A stretch of DNA of 64,000 nucleotides, from contig JAYWIR010000029.1 of assembly GCA_036172245.1 (NCBI GenBank), forward strand, positions 620,001 to 684,000. The letters run 5' to 3'. The DNA is from Raillietiella orientalis. Its lineage: Eukaryota. Under the pieces are notes generated by a model. The model saw only the letters and a program-made list of their open reading frames with translations, was not told where the DNA came from and made no database searches. The position numbers were made by a program, and so were the translations under genes. Shown one piece after another: positions 15,601-27,096 of this stretch (the first letter of the stretch is position 1; each line of letters starts with the position of its first letter).

Positions 15601-15911
15601 GTAGGCCCCTACAGGATCCCATTCTTATTTATTTGTCCTAAAAGGAGCCCATGGCATTTAATTCAGTTCTTACTTTATTTCTTGTTAGCTTTTGTTTTGT
15701 TTGTATATTGGCAGGACCAAATCCAAATTTTTCCCTTTTAATAATCTTTGTGCTTGGTACTAATTTGTTATGTATTTCAGGGTGCTGTGAGCTTCGTGAC
15801 ACCTGAGCAATGGTATGTAATTGGGAAAGGGAGGGCTATGGGTTCTTAACAGATTGAAGTTACTCATGTGACTTGCAAGTGTCAGTGCTGTGATGATAAG
15901 TGCATTAATAG

Positions 15912-15921
15912 AATAAATAAA
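15912..15921 (+). terminator. Polyadenylation signal of the hnRNP gene (two overlapping AATAAA)
   Basis: AATAAATAAA followed by a T/GT-rich downstream element. Further AATAAA at 15463-15468 and 16077-16082. Confidence 0.6.
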
Positions 15922-16825
15922 TGTATCTAAATTGCGATTTTGTCTTGGATTTTTTCATGATGACATTTCATAAGGTTCATCTGTGTGTGCACTACCAAGT
16001 CTAATGAATTCACTGTGGTATCAAAGATGAATATTTCCATTCTTTGGATTGTTTATACATTATTTGTAAGGTGTGCAATAAAGTTTTACCTTTTTTGTGG
16101 TGTCATGTTATTTTCGGTAATTGGGGAGGAATTGGTGCTCAGCACTTGTTTGTGTGTGTGCACAGGTAGTTGAAATTTGTGCTTGTTTTTCCATAAAAGT
16201 AGCCATGTTGAAAGTTGGCTTTTGTGGTTTGTCTTAAGGCACATTGATGTTTGCCTGTTGTGTAACTGTAATCTGGATACCAGTCATTCAGGATTTTGGA
16301 TTAATTTTAGATTTTGCAAGTTTATAAGGGTGAAGTCCGTTGATCAGAGTGAAGTTCATTTTGGGTCATTGTAAGACTGGTTGGTTGCACTGTGCATTCA
16401 CCATATGTGTACAATTTTTAGCAAATTAGTAAATTTGTATCGGATTGGGAAGAGGAAAGTGAAATTTAAAGAAAAAGCTAAAAGTTGCAGCAGATGTCAA
16501 TTTTATTTGTTAAAAACATTTACGGGTTGAAGCCTTTCCATGAATTTCAAGAAAGGAGTTATGTTGCAAACATCATATCAGAGCATTAGTGAGAACTTAT
16601 TTTTTGCCAGAATATTTTCCAGGTACAAATATTCCATTAGTGTGGAAGTTCTCCAAGTACGACATTTTGAAATTTTCATGCTTGTAAAAGGTTTGTGAGT
16701 AATAACATTCTTACAGTGCAGTTGATTAGAACTGATAATTTGTTTTTTTTTTCTTTTGATGGTTTCCAAGATTACAAAATAATTTATGCCCGTACCTGTT
16801 CTAATAAGAGTTGTAATAAGGAGTT

Positions 16826-16858
<33 letters not shown>

Positions 16859-17045
16859 TTGTAAAGGGCCGTCTATTTTGATTTTAACATGTTTATGCTG
16901 ATGTTGTAGGCTAATGAACCATACTGATAGCTAGAGCAGTCACTTTGAAAGTATTTATTTTTTTTTTAATGTGATTATTCTTGTGTAGGTTTATCAAAAG
17001 GTTGAAAGCTGCTTCAGAAATGCGTACAGTACTTTGCGATGTGAT

Positions 17046-17067
17046 TGTGTGTGTGTGTGTGTGTGTG
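17046..17067. repeat. (TG)11 microsatellite
   Basis: Direct reading; lies at the switch from CpG-poor to CpG-rich DNA. Confidence 0.9.
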
Positions 17068-17974
17068 CTACGTTTTGGACCTTGACTCGGTAAAATGTAA
17101 GCAACTACTGCCTGGGATTGCGCGGTGCATGTCGGAACACGTGAAAGGCAACCCTATGGCGAAACGCCCTTGTGTGAAGTGTTTGCTTAAACGTGTACGT
17201 GCATTAAAAAGTGTTCGGCGATAACGAGTTATTAAATAATCGGACATTTTGAGAAGGGTTTGGGAAGCAACGGCGCAAATTGGTCGGCGCGCCGATGTTC
17301 GTTTGCGAACGCACACTGTTGGAAGCGTCGAGTGAATCGTCCAGTTGAGAGGGTCGGCATTTGCCGAAGGGGAGTGCCCGTCTTCCCGTGAAGGAGGAGG
17401 AGATGCGAAGCGTGCGACATTCACAATGTGAGGGATTGCAGGTTGGATTTCCTGGAAGGAAAGGTGGCTTGCAATTTAAATAAAGAGCCCGAGGTTTCCG
17501 TTGCAGTTTGTCGCCGGGATATGCATTCATAAGGCGTCCATGAGTGGAAATCGTGAAAGATTTGCGGCACTATTGATTCTCTGTTTCTCATCCAGTGTTT
17601 TTTTTTTTTTTTTTCCTTCCAAATCGAGGGACCTGACTGATAGAAGAAGAAGAAGAAAATCGGGTAATCACGTTTCGAAGGTGAGCGGGAAAAAAAGATT
17701 AAATGTGCTGCAACTATCGTGGCAGGCTGCTTTTTTCCGGACCAACTTTTCGACCAGCGCTTCGCGTTCGTGCGTGTGTTGTGATCCACTTTGTAAGTGT
17801 TTGCGTACGCGTGGTACACACGTACTTAAGGAAGGGTAATCTGTAATGGCTGTCCACTTTCAAATGCGTCTATTAATGGCAGTTTGGAGGAGCAAATGGG
17901 AAATCTGTCTGTTGTGGAAGACTGCTTCGGAAACATGAACTGTCAGATGACCCAAATCGTTGCCGATGAAGACC

Positions 17975-18275
17975 TATAAGAATTAACGATGTGATTACCC
18001 AGCTGGACCCATTGTGGAAGATGCCTGCCTCCAGTGGAGACAGCATCGTATGAAATGGATGAAACGTGTCCTGGAGGGCTGAATCATCGGGCAATTGGCA
18101 ACAGCTTAGTGACTGCTTCCACGGTGCATTGTCTATTCAGGTCACGTTTGCGGCACAAGTGGAACACCGAAGCCGTACCAGCGAATCTTGGCTGATCGAC
18201 TGCTGCAATTTAGGATATCCACCTGAGATGAACCAAGGCCACGGGATTTATATCGCTGGTGACCTGCAGTTGACG
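17975..18275 (+). mobile_element. Decayed 3' end of an RTE-like LINE ORF
   Basis: A single frame with stops: RQHRMKWMKRVLE*...LLPRCIVYSGHVCGTSGTPKPYQRILADRLLQFRIST*DEPRPRDLYRW*PAV. It parallels the RTE C-terminal pattern R.RRLRW.GHV.R...RLPK.ILY....G.R..G.P..R..D......I..W...A.DR..WR..V. Confidence 0.42.
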
Positions 18276-21200
18276 GTTCTGTGCATTTCCTACCCTTTTC
18301 ACTTAGTTTCATGTTTCGGGACCAATGTTTCGAGGAGGAAGTGCACGTCTGCCTGTGCAAAGTATTTACAGTTCCTTGCGGAACAACTCGTAGATTTCGT
18401 ACTTGGAATTTGAATGCGATTCCGCAATGGTGTGTTCGTACCTTCGTGTCAGTACTTGGATGTTTCTTTTCCCGAATTGCGGGTGCTTTATTTGCGACAC
18501 CACTTTCAGAAGCACATTACGATGATGAGTGCTCTTTTGGCCATCACCAGTTTTTCCTTTTTTTTTTTTTCCTTTTAAACAAAATAGTCGAACTGCTTGT
18601 TTGCTCAGAGGTCTGCAGTTTCCCTCCTTCGGTGTTCTTACGTGTTGCCAGAGCTCGGTTTATGTGGCTGTTCATTTTGCAGCTATCAACATTTGCAAGA
18701 TCACCTCGATCTCACCGCAAGCAATCTTGGATTTGATATTCCTGAAGAATGACGAAAATTCTAGTGCTTTTATCTGGATAAAGTGTTCTCCCGAAAATAG
18801 CGAAACCATAAGGTCATCCTGCTTAACGACACCCAAGGGCAAGGTGCAAAGAGCAGTTTTCAGTCGAACGCTTGACATCTTCTGCCTTCTCCGAGTCGTG
18901 GTTTTTCCATCACTGATTTGAAGTCGCGGTGTTTTTTTGGTGGTGGTTTGAGTCTTCCCGCGGTTTACCTATTAGCGCTGTAAGGAACTCTATCGTGCAG
19001 GTTGTTCCCTTCGGTTCGAAATGTGGTTCTTGTTTGCCTTCAAGACGGTGTTCCCTCATAGGGATGATGATAACGGTCATCCTTGTAGTGTTTTACGAAT
19101 TTGTTTTTTTTTTCTTTTTCTACTGGTATATTCGAAACTGGACAGTAGCAAAGCGAATTTTCGTTCTGTTTCAAGCGTTTGGCATCGTCGTGGTCGCTTT
19201 TCAGTTTCGTATTTAAATCGGAAAGATGAAGAAAGACAAAGCTGCTTTATGAGATCTTCAGGATTCCCAGTGGTTGTTATCCAGATGTACAGTTTTTGAT
19301 GAGCTGCAAGTAACATCAAAAGGACTTCTATATAGGCCGGGACCATTATTTGAAACAGGAACCATCAATGTCTCCCATCCTTTTATATGATGCAACATGA
19401 TTGCTGGTGGGAGCATCTGTTTTGTGGTTTTTTAGAAGGCTGCGTTTAACGAATGTTTTCGTGATCTCCCGAGTGAAGCTGATACCCCCCGTCCCCTCTC
19501 TGAACAAATAAAGGATCTCGCGTTGTGTCTTTCGGTATGCCTGACAAAAATCTGTGACCCATAATCAACGTAGAAGCTCAAAGTCCGGAATGTAGGGAGT
19601 GAATAAGAGGTAGCCCGGAGTAAGTTTCTCCTCCTCCTCAAGTTATTTGTGTGTCTGTGCGTGTGTGTGTTGGGGGGGGGGGGGGGATGACTGTTGCTAG
19701 CAAGGCAGGATATTAAAGAATCGCAGCTTTTTTGTTCTTTTGAAAGCAGCTGATGATCCCTCCGGTGAATCATCACAGTAATCGTAGAAACGCTCTAACG
19801 TGCTGTTGTTAAACAGTGTATTCGGAATTCTTGTTAGGCGTTTCTCGGATGAGATGGTGCTTCCACGCCAGCATGGAACGTTCACATGGAAAATTCAGTT
19901 TTGCTTTGCCCGATCCTTGGCTGAAAGAACTGAAAGCGAATTTAATGGTCAGCGTTTAAGCAGGTAGAAAATTTCGGTGCTCTTCGATGGCCTTGATCCA
20001 AGAGTTCCGTGTTGGATCGCAAGCTCCAAGAGGCGAGACCCATTCGTCCAGATTGCCCCCGCTGTTTGCGCTGACCAATGTGGTGTCCATTCCTTCGGAT
20101 GAAATCTTAGGCGCTTTCTGCTTCTATCGTGTGCTAGAGGGTGCAGTAGTTACCAGCAGGGAAGTCCAGATCAGTTTCTCGAATACAGGACACAGTTCAA
20201 GTTTATTTACCTTCTGGCACCCGTCACGTTTCGATCCTGTAGCGTCTGAATTCATGCGCTCTTTTGATTTAGGGTAAGGCGTAGACAAAAAGTCAAGTTT
20301 GTTCTACGCGTTTGCAACCGATGAATGTCCGTTCAGATAGAATCGGACGGCCTGCTCAACGTTCACGTCGTACTGGGTAAGCGGACTATGTGAACTCCAT
20401 CACGGTGGTTTGTTCTCTCCTGATGAGAACGATATCGAATTTCAAAGACCTTACGATGCATGGTGTGTTTTAATTTTCATTTCACAGACTCATACAGGTG
20501 AAGCTGTGCCCACGTGTATGTGGAGAATGAACGTGAGGGTGTCTTGACTGAGATGCAAAGCGGATGCTCAGGGATTTTTTTTTTCTCAAACTAGTATTCA
20601 AAGCTTACAGCTTCTCTCTAGGCATCCAAGGAATCGTGTATAAAGCAGTTTGCTGGTATGTGTACATTTTCCGGTTCACACATCTAAAAAATGGCACCCG
20701 TATCGTTCACGAACTGATCACTGCTTCGTGTGGTTGTCTTCAACGAAAGAAATCGCTGTTTGGTACCCTCCGTTGCTGAGCGTATTCGTACCCTACAACC
20801 AGATGGTGGTGGTGCATTTTTTTTGGTTGTGGTACTGTTTACCACTTTTGCTCATCCACCAAAGTGTGCAAATAGCACTGAACATTACGGTTTTCGGACA
20901 GCCTCACCGATACTTGTTAAGGCTGTGTGTGTGACGTGTGAATGGAAAACTATTGGAAACGCACACTGGCAGGCAAGTGGTACTCTGAACGAGCGGCAGA
21001 TTTATTTCAGTCTCGTGATACACACCTGCAATCGGGACTTTGGGAAAACTACACCTAAATGTCATCTTGAGAGCACGTCCTCGCAAGCAATTGCTCTCGA
21101 CGAAGGGAAAAAAAAGTGTTGCTCCTCTTGATCGATTCGTGCTGTACCATAATTTCGGACGCTGATCAATTTGCGCAAAGTAACAGTTGAGCTTCGCATG

Positions 21201-22564
21201 CACAGAATCCAAGAATCTAAGAAGCACCTGACGACAGTGAAGTGCAAGTACTGACGACGACGTTGTAAGACGTCCGCTCTGGAACGTAAGGAGCTGGGAA
21301 TCCGCGATGCAAACCGCTTGTGGTTCAAGTGCCTGGGACTGCTGAGAAGGTCGCTGACGTTGGTGAGCCCGGCGTATGCGAAACGCACCACAAGCATGCA
21401 AGATTATATAAGTTCCGTTGGAACCTGCGTTCACGTTTGGGCAGTAACAAGAGGAGCAGACGAACTGCCATGCATGTGCTGTTGTTGTGCACGACCAGCG
21501 TCCTGCGCGGGACTTCCCCGCTTCTCCCTGAGCAATAAAATCATCATTCTAGATGATAGGGAACCAGACCCGGACGCTTAGGCGTCGAAAAGTATCAGCT
21601 ATTGGTTTACAGTCCGTTCATGTCGGATGAGTTTTAATTGCATGCAGATTTTTCTCTGTCAAGAGGCTAATGCGTTCACTAGACGAATTGAGAAATGGGA
21701 TTTTTATGATGATGCGTTTCCAAGAAAGCTTTACCGATGCGCAAAATCATTATTGCCTTGCCCTCTGGAGGCAAGATTGGCTCCGCAGAGGTCCCGACCC
21801 CTGTCAGCGGCGTTCGTTCTTGGCTTAATAGACGTCCATGTTTTGATCAACGGCTGTAATAGCTAAATTGAACAACTCATTCTCGAGGAAGGAAATCACG
21901 ATGGCTTGACGGTTTTCCAATGACCTGAGAAGATTCCAAGCCAAGAAATTCATCGTTCATCGGTAACCTGGACATGAACCACGCTTTCCCTGACCTAAAG
22001 ATACTTTACTTGTATAACAAACAGCCAGATGAACCTTTGTTCGTGAACTGACGGTCCAATGTATGGCGGTGCTAAAAAGACCACATTCAAAAAAATCCTC
22101 AAATGCTGCTGCTTTCCGCGCCAGGTTTCTACTTCTCTGTGGGAATGCAGCAGTACCAGACATCCCTTGTGCCTCTAGATCCCGGCCCTTTTGGCTTCTG
22201 TCTTTGCGATCTGCTTCCCTTCCCCCCCTCCCCCTTACTTTCGCCTCCCAACCCAACTCAAACTACGTCTTTCTGCATCGGATGTTGCTTGAACTCCCCA
22301 AGTAACGGACACACACATTCACGGGGTCGACCTTGCAATCTCGACTGGAACTTCCGGTCCGCGCTTTCTCAGTCAGTTTGCGGCTGGATTCTCGTTGTTT
22401 TCGGGCTTGGTCGCCTACTCATCCAGGTCCACTGTTCCAGACTTGTTTGCGTAGCAAGTGGTGTGCCCCAAACACTACAGCTGATACCAGCGGTAGCAAT
22501 CCGATTTCTGTTTGGAAAAAAAAAAAAAAAAAAAAAAAGAAAGCACACGGTTGTGATTCGCCTC

Positions 22565-23260
22565 CAGCACTGGGAAATGCGAGCAAGAGCGCTTTCAGGC
22601 GCGCCCATTGAAAAGGCCATAAGTGACGACAAAAATTCGTGCGGAAACGGGTCGTGGTGCTTCGAACGAATCTCATGCAGCGTACGTCGGTCTCTGTTTC
22701 GCGTACTTCCGAATCGCATCGGTCTCACATTATCAGTTCTCTCATAAACCGTACGGAGGTGCGCCGCTAGCTTCGAGATTTCGTCACAAAATTGAAGGTG
22801 CGCTTCGCTGGACTTGGTCCTGGCGGTAGTCGGACAGTTCTGGTCTCCAGGAGTTCCGGAACGCTTGGCGGGAAGCTTTTCGCCTCTCTTATAGATTAGG
22901 TGGATGTGGTGGTTGTTTTAGGATGTGCCTCCCACGTCTGGTCGCCCGAACGATGCGACCGCCTTTGCGACCGCCGGCTTTCAGCTTCCCGATCAGCGGG
23001 ACCTCCCCGCAATCCTCAGGTGGTGCCGCTGTTGCCGGGAAACCACATCACATATCTAATGTTTGGCGGTTTCCGAATTCCCTCGAAATGATGGGGCGAG
23101 TCAGCATTATCGCTGGGTCGAGTGCTTGTTGGATCAACTCCTTATTATCGGACACCCAAGGGGAGACCGTGAGGTGCACCGCACTGCATCGTCCATTGGG
23201 CTGCTTCCTAACGTAGGAAAACACGGGTCATTTGCGGGTCACCGCCTCAACCATGCCTTC
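22565..23260 (-). mobile_element. Decayed non-LTR RT fragment
   Basis: Minus strand, in order: VFSYVRKQ, SDNKE, IGKLK, then RPMRFGSTRNRDRRTLHEIRSKHHDPFPHEFLSSLMAFSMGAPESALARISQ. The last block resembles QFGFR.NRST..ALHEI...FLD.SKAFD.V.H..LL.KL. Confidence 0.38.
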
Positions 23261-24114
23261 TGGCTGAACCCGTCCCCGACGCCGGGCGTACAAAGGAGGA
23301 GAGCGGAGCACCTCCGTCGTCGAAGACGTGGTTCATGGGACGAGAGATCTCTTCATATTCTGCTTACTCATTGCATGAGGCATTTCCGTCTGCATGTGTT
23401 CCAACATAATGCCTCGCCGAGAGACTTGAGAATGAGACGCTGAACCAGGAGCTGGTGCTCGCTGGTTCTGCTTTGCTCCAGGAGGGGATTCTCCGCTACG
23501 TCCTGACCTCGTCTTGCAAACAGGCAGCTAGACTATGGTTTGAAGATGGAAAGGAAGCCTCAGGTACTTTCCGGAAGAACAAGGAGAAAGTAATGGTGCA
23601 CGGAAGCAGGGTGACAGTTGTCGTCGGGAGGCTCCGCAGGTGAAGATCTATCCATGCCATAGTTGTTGGCTCGTTGGCATCTCGGGAATGATGCCGCTGT
23701 GAGCGATCTAGATGTTCCCCGGTAGCATGCGGAGGATGTGAGGCATGCAGTGGTTGCCTCTGATATCCGCCGCAGCGGTGCGGCTTGTCTGACGCGTCGG
23801 TTGGAGCAGCTGCCGGACGAATTGTCCATCTCTTCGCTTGAATTGGAAGGCGATCGTCCCGGCCGGAAGCAGGAAAACTTCAATAGTTTGAAGTGTCATT
23901 TTCCTCTTAGAGGTCACAGTGCGCGTGTTCATGGCAACGGCACGCTCGCCGTGACTGCGACACCACGATATCGTGGCGTGGGGACACGCACATCACCGTG
24001 TCTTCATTGTGGGCGTTGCGACGAACGAATCGCCCGCCTGAATCCAGCATGCTTGCCTCACGCTTGTCCGATCGTTCTTGCTACGATCGATGCTGGAATG
24101 CGGGGGTGAGGGAA

Positions 24115-24500
24115 GGGGAGTTCAACAAGAAGAGCTATCCCAGATTCTGGAGCAGCTCCCCCTCTCACTCTCATGGGAGATCCTGGCTCTTGCTTCTGGG
24201 TTACTTGACATTACGTTCTACAGGATCCGGAGGGAATGCCTACTTTCCTGTTTCTTCTCCACGTTGTCGTGTCGTGAAGAAGGAGAGACCAAGGCCTTAG
24301 CGGTCTTTAGCCGCCACCCACCCACCCACCAGCTCATTGGGCAGAGCCTTCTTGCTCTGAGGTGCGAAACCGAAAGGATTCTGGACGTTTCATATACTGA
24401 GAGGAGAACTCGGAGAACTCGATCGATCCGTCCATGTGTCTGGGACACACCGCATTCGTTAGGAGGCTGCGACGGCGAGACTTGGACTTGTCCGAAGGGA
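24115..24500 (+). mobile_element. Decayed L1/Tx1-like LINE RT N-terminal fragment
   Basis: EELSQILEQLP...SGLLDITFYR...EEGET...W..PHSLGGCDGE. Matches the order ELSQAL..MP.KSPG.DGL..EFY ... EGELP ... WRPISLL.CDYK. Confidence 0.42.
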
Positions 24501-27054
24501 GACGAAACGGGAGGAGCGCCAATTAGCGAAAGCATCTCTTGGAAAAGAAGAGGCTTGCAAACGAGTAGGGAAGAGAGCGCTGCAGGCGGTGGCGCCGCGG
24601 CGGACGCAGGGCGAAGCGAAGGAACGGACGAAGAGCAGGGCCCGTGCCCTCCATTTAACGCTGCCGAAGAACGGCAAGGATCCGAGCACGGATGAAGCTC
24701 GAAAGGAGAGCTCCAGTTCTTTTCCCGTTCCTTTCCCCCTACTTCCCGTCGTTTCCTGCCCACAGAAAAGTGGACTTGCGGCTCCTTTTCGGATGAGGAA
24801 GACTTTGGAGAAAACGACATCCCTGCTGTTCTCTTCCACCTGCTTCCCTATCGGGAAATCCCTGAGAAGAATTGGTGGCGCCAAAGTTTCTTCGAACAAC
24901 AGCCAGGAACGAAGCATCTCTCCTTCCTCATCCCGAAGATTCCCCCGGACTGCAGGACGGCAACAGGGAGGACATTGGCCACTTTTTTACCCTCCTCCTT
25001 CCTTCTTCCTCTTCCTCCATCCCGAGCGTTTCCCAGAGATCGATGTTCGTTTGTTGAAAGCAAAGTGGGAAGGGAGGGAGGAGAGGGGGCATGTGTCCCA
25101 GTCATCCTCTGTAGTGCGCGCCCGCCCTTTCCTGGCTGAAGCCAGGAAGGCGGAAGGATGCCTTCTGCGCGCGGCCTCGTCATTTCCTCGAAAATCTGCA
25201 TAATGGCGGGTGGGGGGTGGGCGTGAATGTTTGCAGCGGTCCGCGGAGGAGGTTTCGTGGGGGCTGCAGGCTCGCACATCCTGTCGAAACGACTTTTTGC
25301 CTCGCGGATGGGGCGAGGCACGCCGACGGCGGCAGTAGGGGAAAGGAAGAAGAAAAGGGGGGGCGCCAGCAGGCTGTGCGTTCCTGTTGCTCCCGATTCT
25401 CTATCGGCTGCCGTCGGTTTTTATGGCCACTCTTTTTTTTTCTTTTCCTTTTTCGATTTGTTCGAGGGAGGAGGAGGAAGAAAGGGAGTTGTCGGAGGGA
25501 TGTTCTGACGTGCAGATGTCTCCTCCAATAATGATGAATCAGCGGCAGCCGCCGGACCGGCATATCTCGCCAAGCAGGAGTCTTCCTTCCCGCTTCGCCG
25601 TCGGCGCTAGCTGATTGGCAGATGTCGCTACTTGGGCGAGAACACTTGCAGTTGATAACTCGGGGGAGGGGAGGGAAACCGGCTGCGAAGATCCGATTCT
25701 TCCGGGGGTACGCATCCCTCCCTCTCCTTCCTTTCCCCACCTGGGCAACAGCGGCCGCCCTTCCAGGTCGAATCCTGTCGAGACGCGCTCTCCAGGGGGA
25801 GCAGTCAGGACGGCGGCGTTCTCGTTCCGGCCAAGAGTGAGGTTCCCGCGTGCCTGCAAAGGGACGCCCGCCAGCAAGGAGGCCGAGGTGTGCACGTGGC
25901 CCACGAAGGGGGCCTTCGCGACGAAGCGATCGAGCCGGCGGCGCCGCCAGGCGCTCCCGGAAGCTCCTGGGGTGCTTCGCGGATCTTCGCGCCGGAAAAA
26001 GGAAGAAGAATCCGAAAGACGGAACCTGGACGGGGTGTGTGCGAAATCTGGCGGCGGCAAGCGTCACGGGCGCACCGCCCGTGAGAGAAGGGCGAACGGC
26101 GATTTTCTCTTTGTTCCGAGGGAAGAAGGGGGAGGGAGGAGGAGGAATCGATCCACGAGGGCACCTTCCATCTATTTGCACGCTGCGCCTTGGCTCCGAG
26201 GTCGTGCGCTCCGAGGGCGACCCAGGTCTCCGCTTCGCGTGCCGACGACGGAGTGCAGAGTGTACCGTACGAAACCGAAGGTCTCTTCTGCAAAAATGTG
26301 CCAAGAGCGCTGACGTGATGCGAGGGTCGCGCGCGCGCGGTGTTTGCGGTGTTGCTGCTGGACGGCTCCCGGTGCATCACGCAGGTCCGCTCGCAGCGCG
26401 ATGGCGATGAGTTTGCGCATCCGCGTCGCCACCCCTCAGGCGATGGGTAAGCCGTGGAGCAGGCTGCATTAGGAAATCAAAAGGCGGAAAAGCAGCAGCA
26501 GTCCCTGCGTGTTGAGGATCAGCGCCCACTCCCGATGCCCATATAGTGGGGTCTCGCGAGGGAGCCACCATTCCGGACGGGGGAAATGCCAAGAAGAGAA
26601 TGCTCGTGGGAAGGTTGGCTCTCGCACACACTGCGAAAGAAAAGGGGGGAAAGGAAAAGAAAGAAAGAGAAGAAGAAGATATATGTATGTGTGTGTATAT
26701 ATATATATGTGTGGAGAGAGAAAGACAAGGCAGGAAGAGAAACAAAATGATTTATGAAAGAGAGGTGGCACTGCTGTCGGTAAGAGCTATCAGCCTTCAT
26801 GACGCGCGCGCGCCTCGTACGCGGACGTGCGAAATGGCGTCGCTCCGGCATATGACAAAAAGCAAAAAAACAACGAGGGGGAGGGGGAGAAGGGGTGTGT
26901 GCGTGCTCACGATCCCTCAGGACTTACGATGACGATTCCGGTGGCTCACGGATGCTCCGATCAAGCCGAAAACACCCAAATAGAGAACGAAAGCGCGGCT
27001 CAGGGTGGGTGTAGGCTCGCCCGGGTTTCTCTGCTCATACTCATTTGAGGGCCC

Positions 27055-27096
27055 CACCGGGGACGCGACGGACACCGGGGACGCGACGGACACCGG
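27055..27096. repeat. 18-bp perfect tandem duplication
   Basis: CACCGGGGACGCGACGGA twice, plus CACCGG. Confidence 0.92.

Larger units (their letters stand above)
15269..15780 (+). other. 3'UTR intron of the hnRNP gene starting 5 nt after the stop codon
   Basis: TGA TCAAG|GTAGTG donor at 15269; T-rich tract and TATTTCAG acceptor ending at 15780. Confidence 0.65.

Noticed and set aside
20880..21040. EHYGFRT...RQIYFSLV as another RT relic
   Set aside because: A single short motif with ambiguous strand; insufficient collinear support.
24125..24240. Death-domain-like LSLSWEILALASGLLDITFYRIRRE
   Set aside because: The remaining helices do not fit; better explained as an L1/Tx1 RT relic given the flanking motifs.
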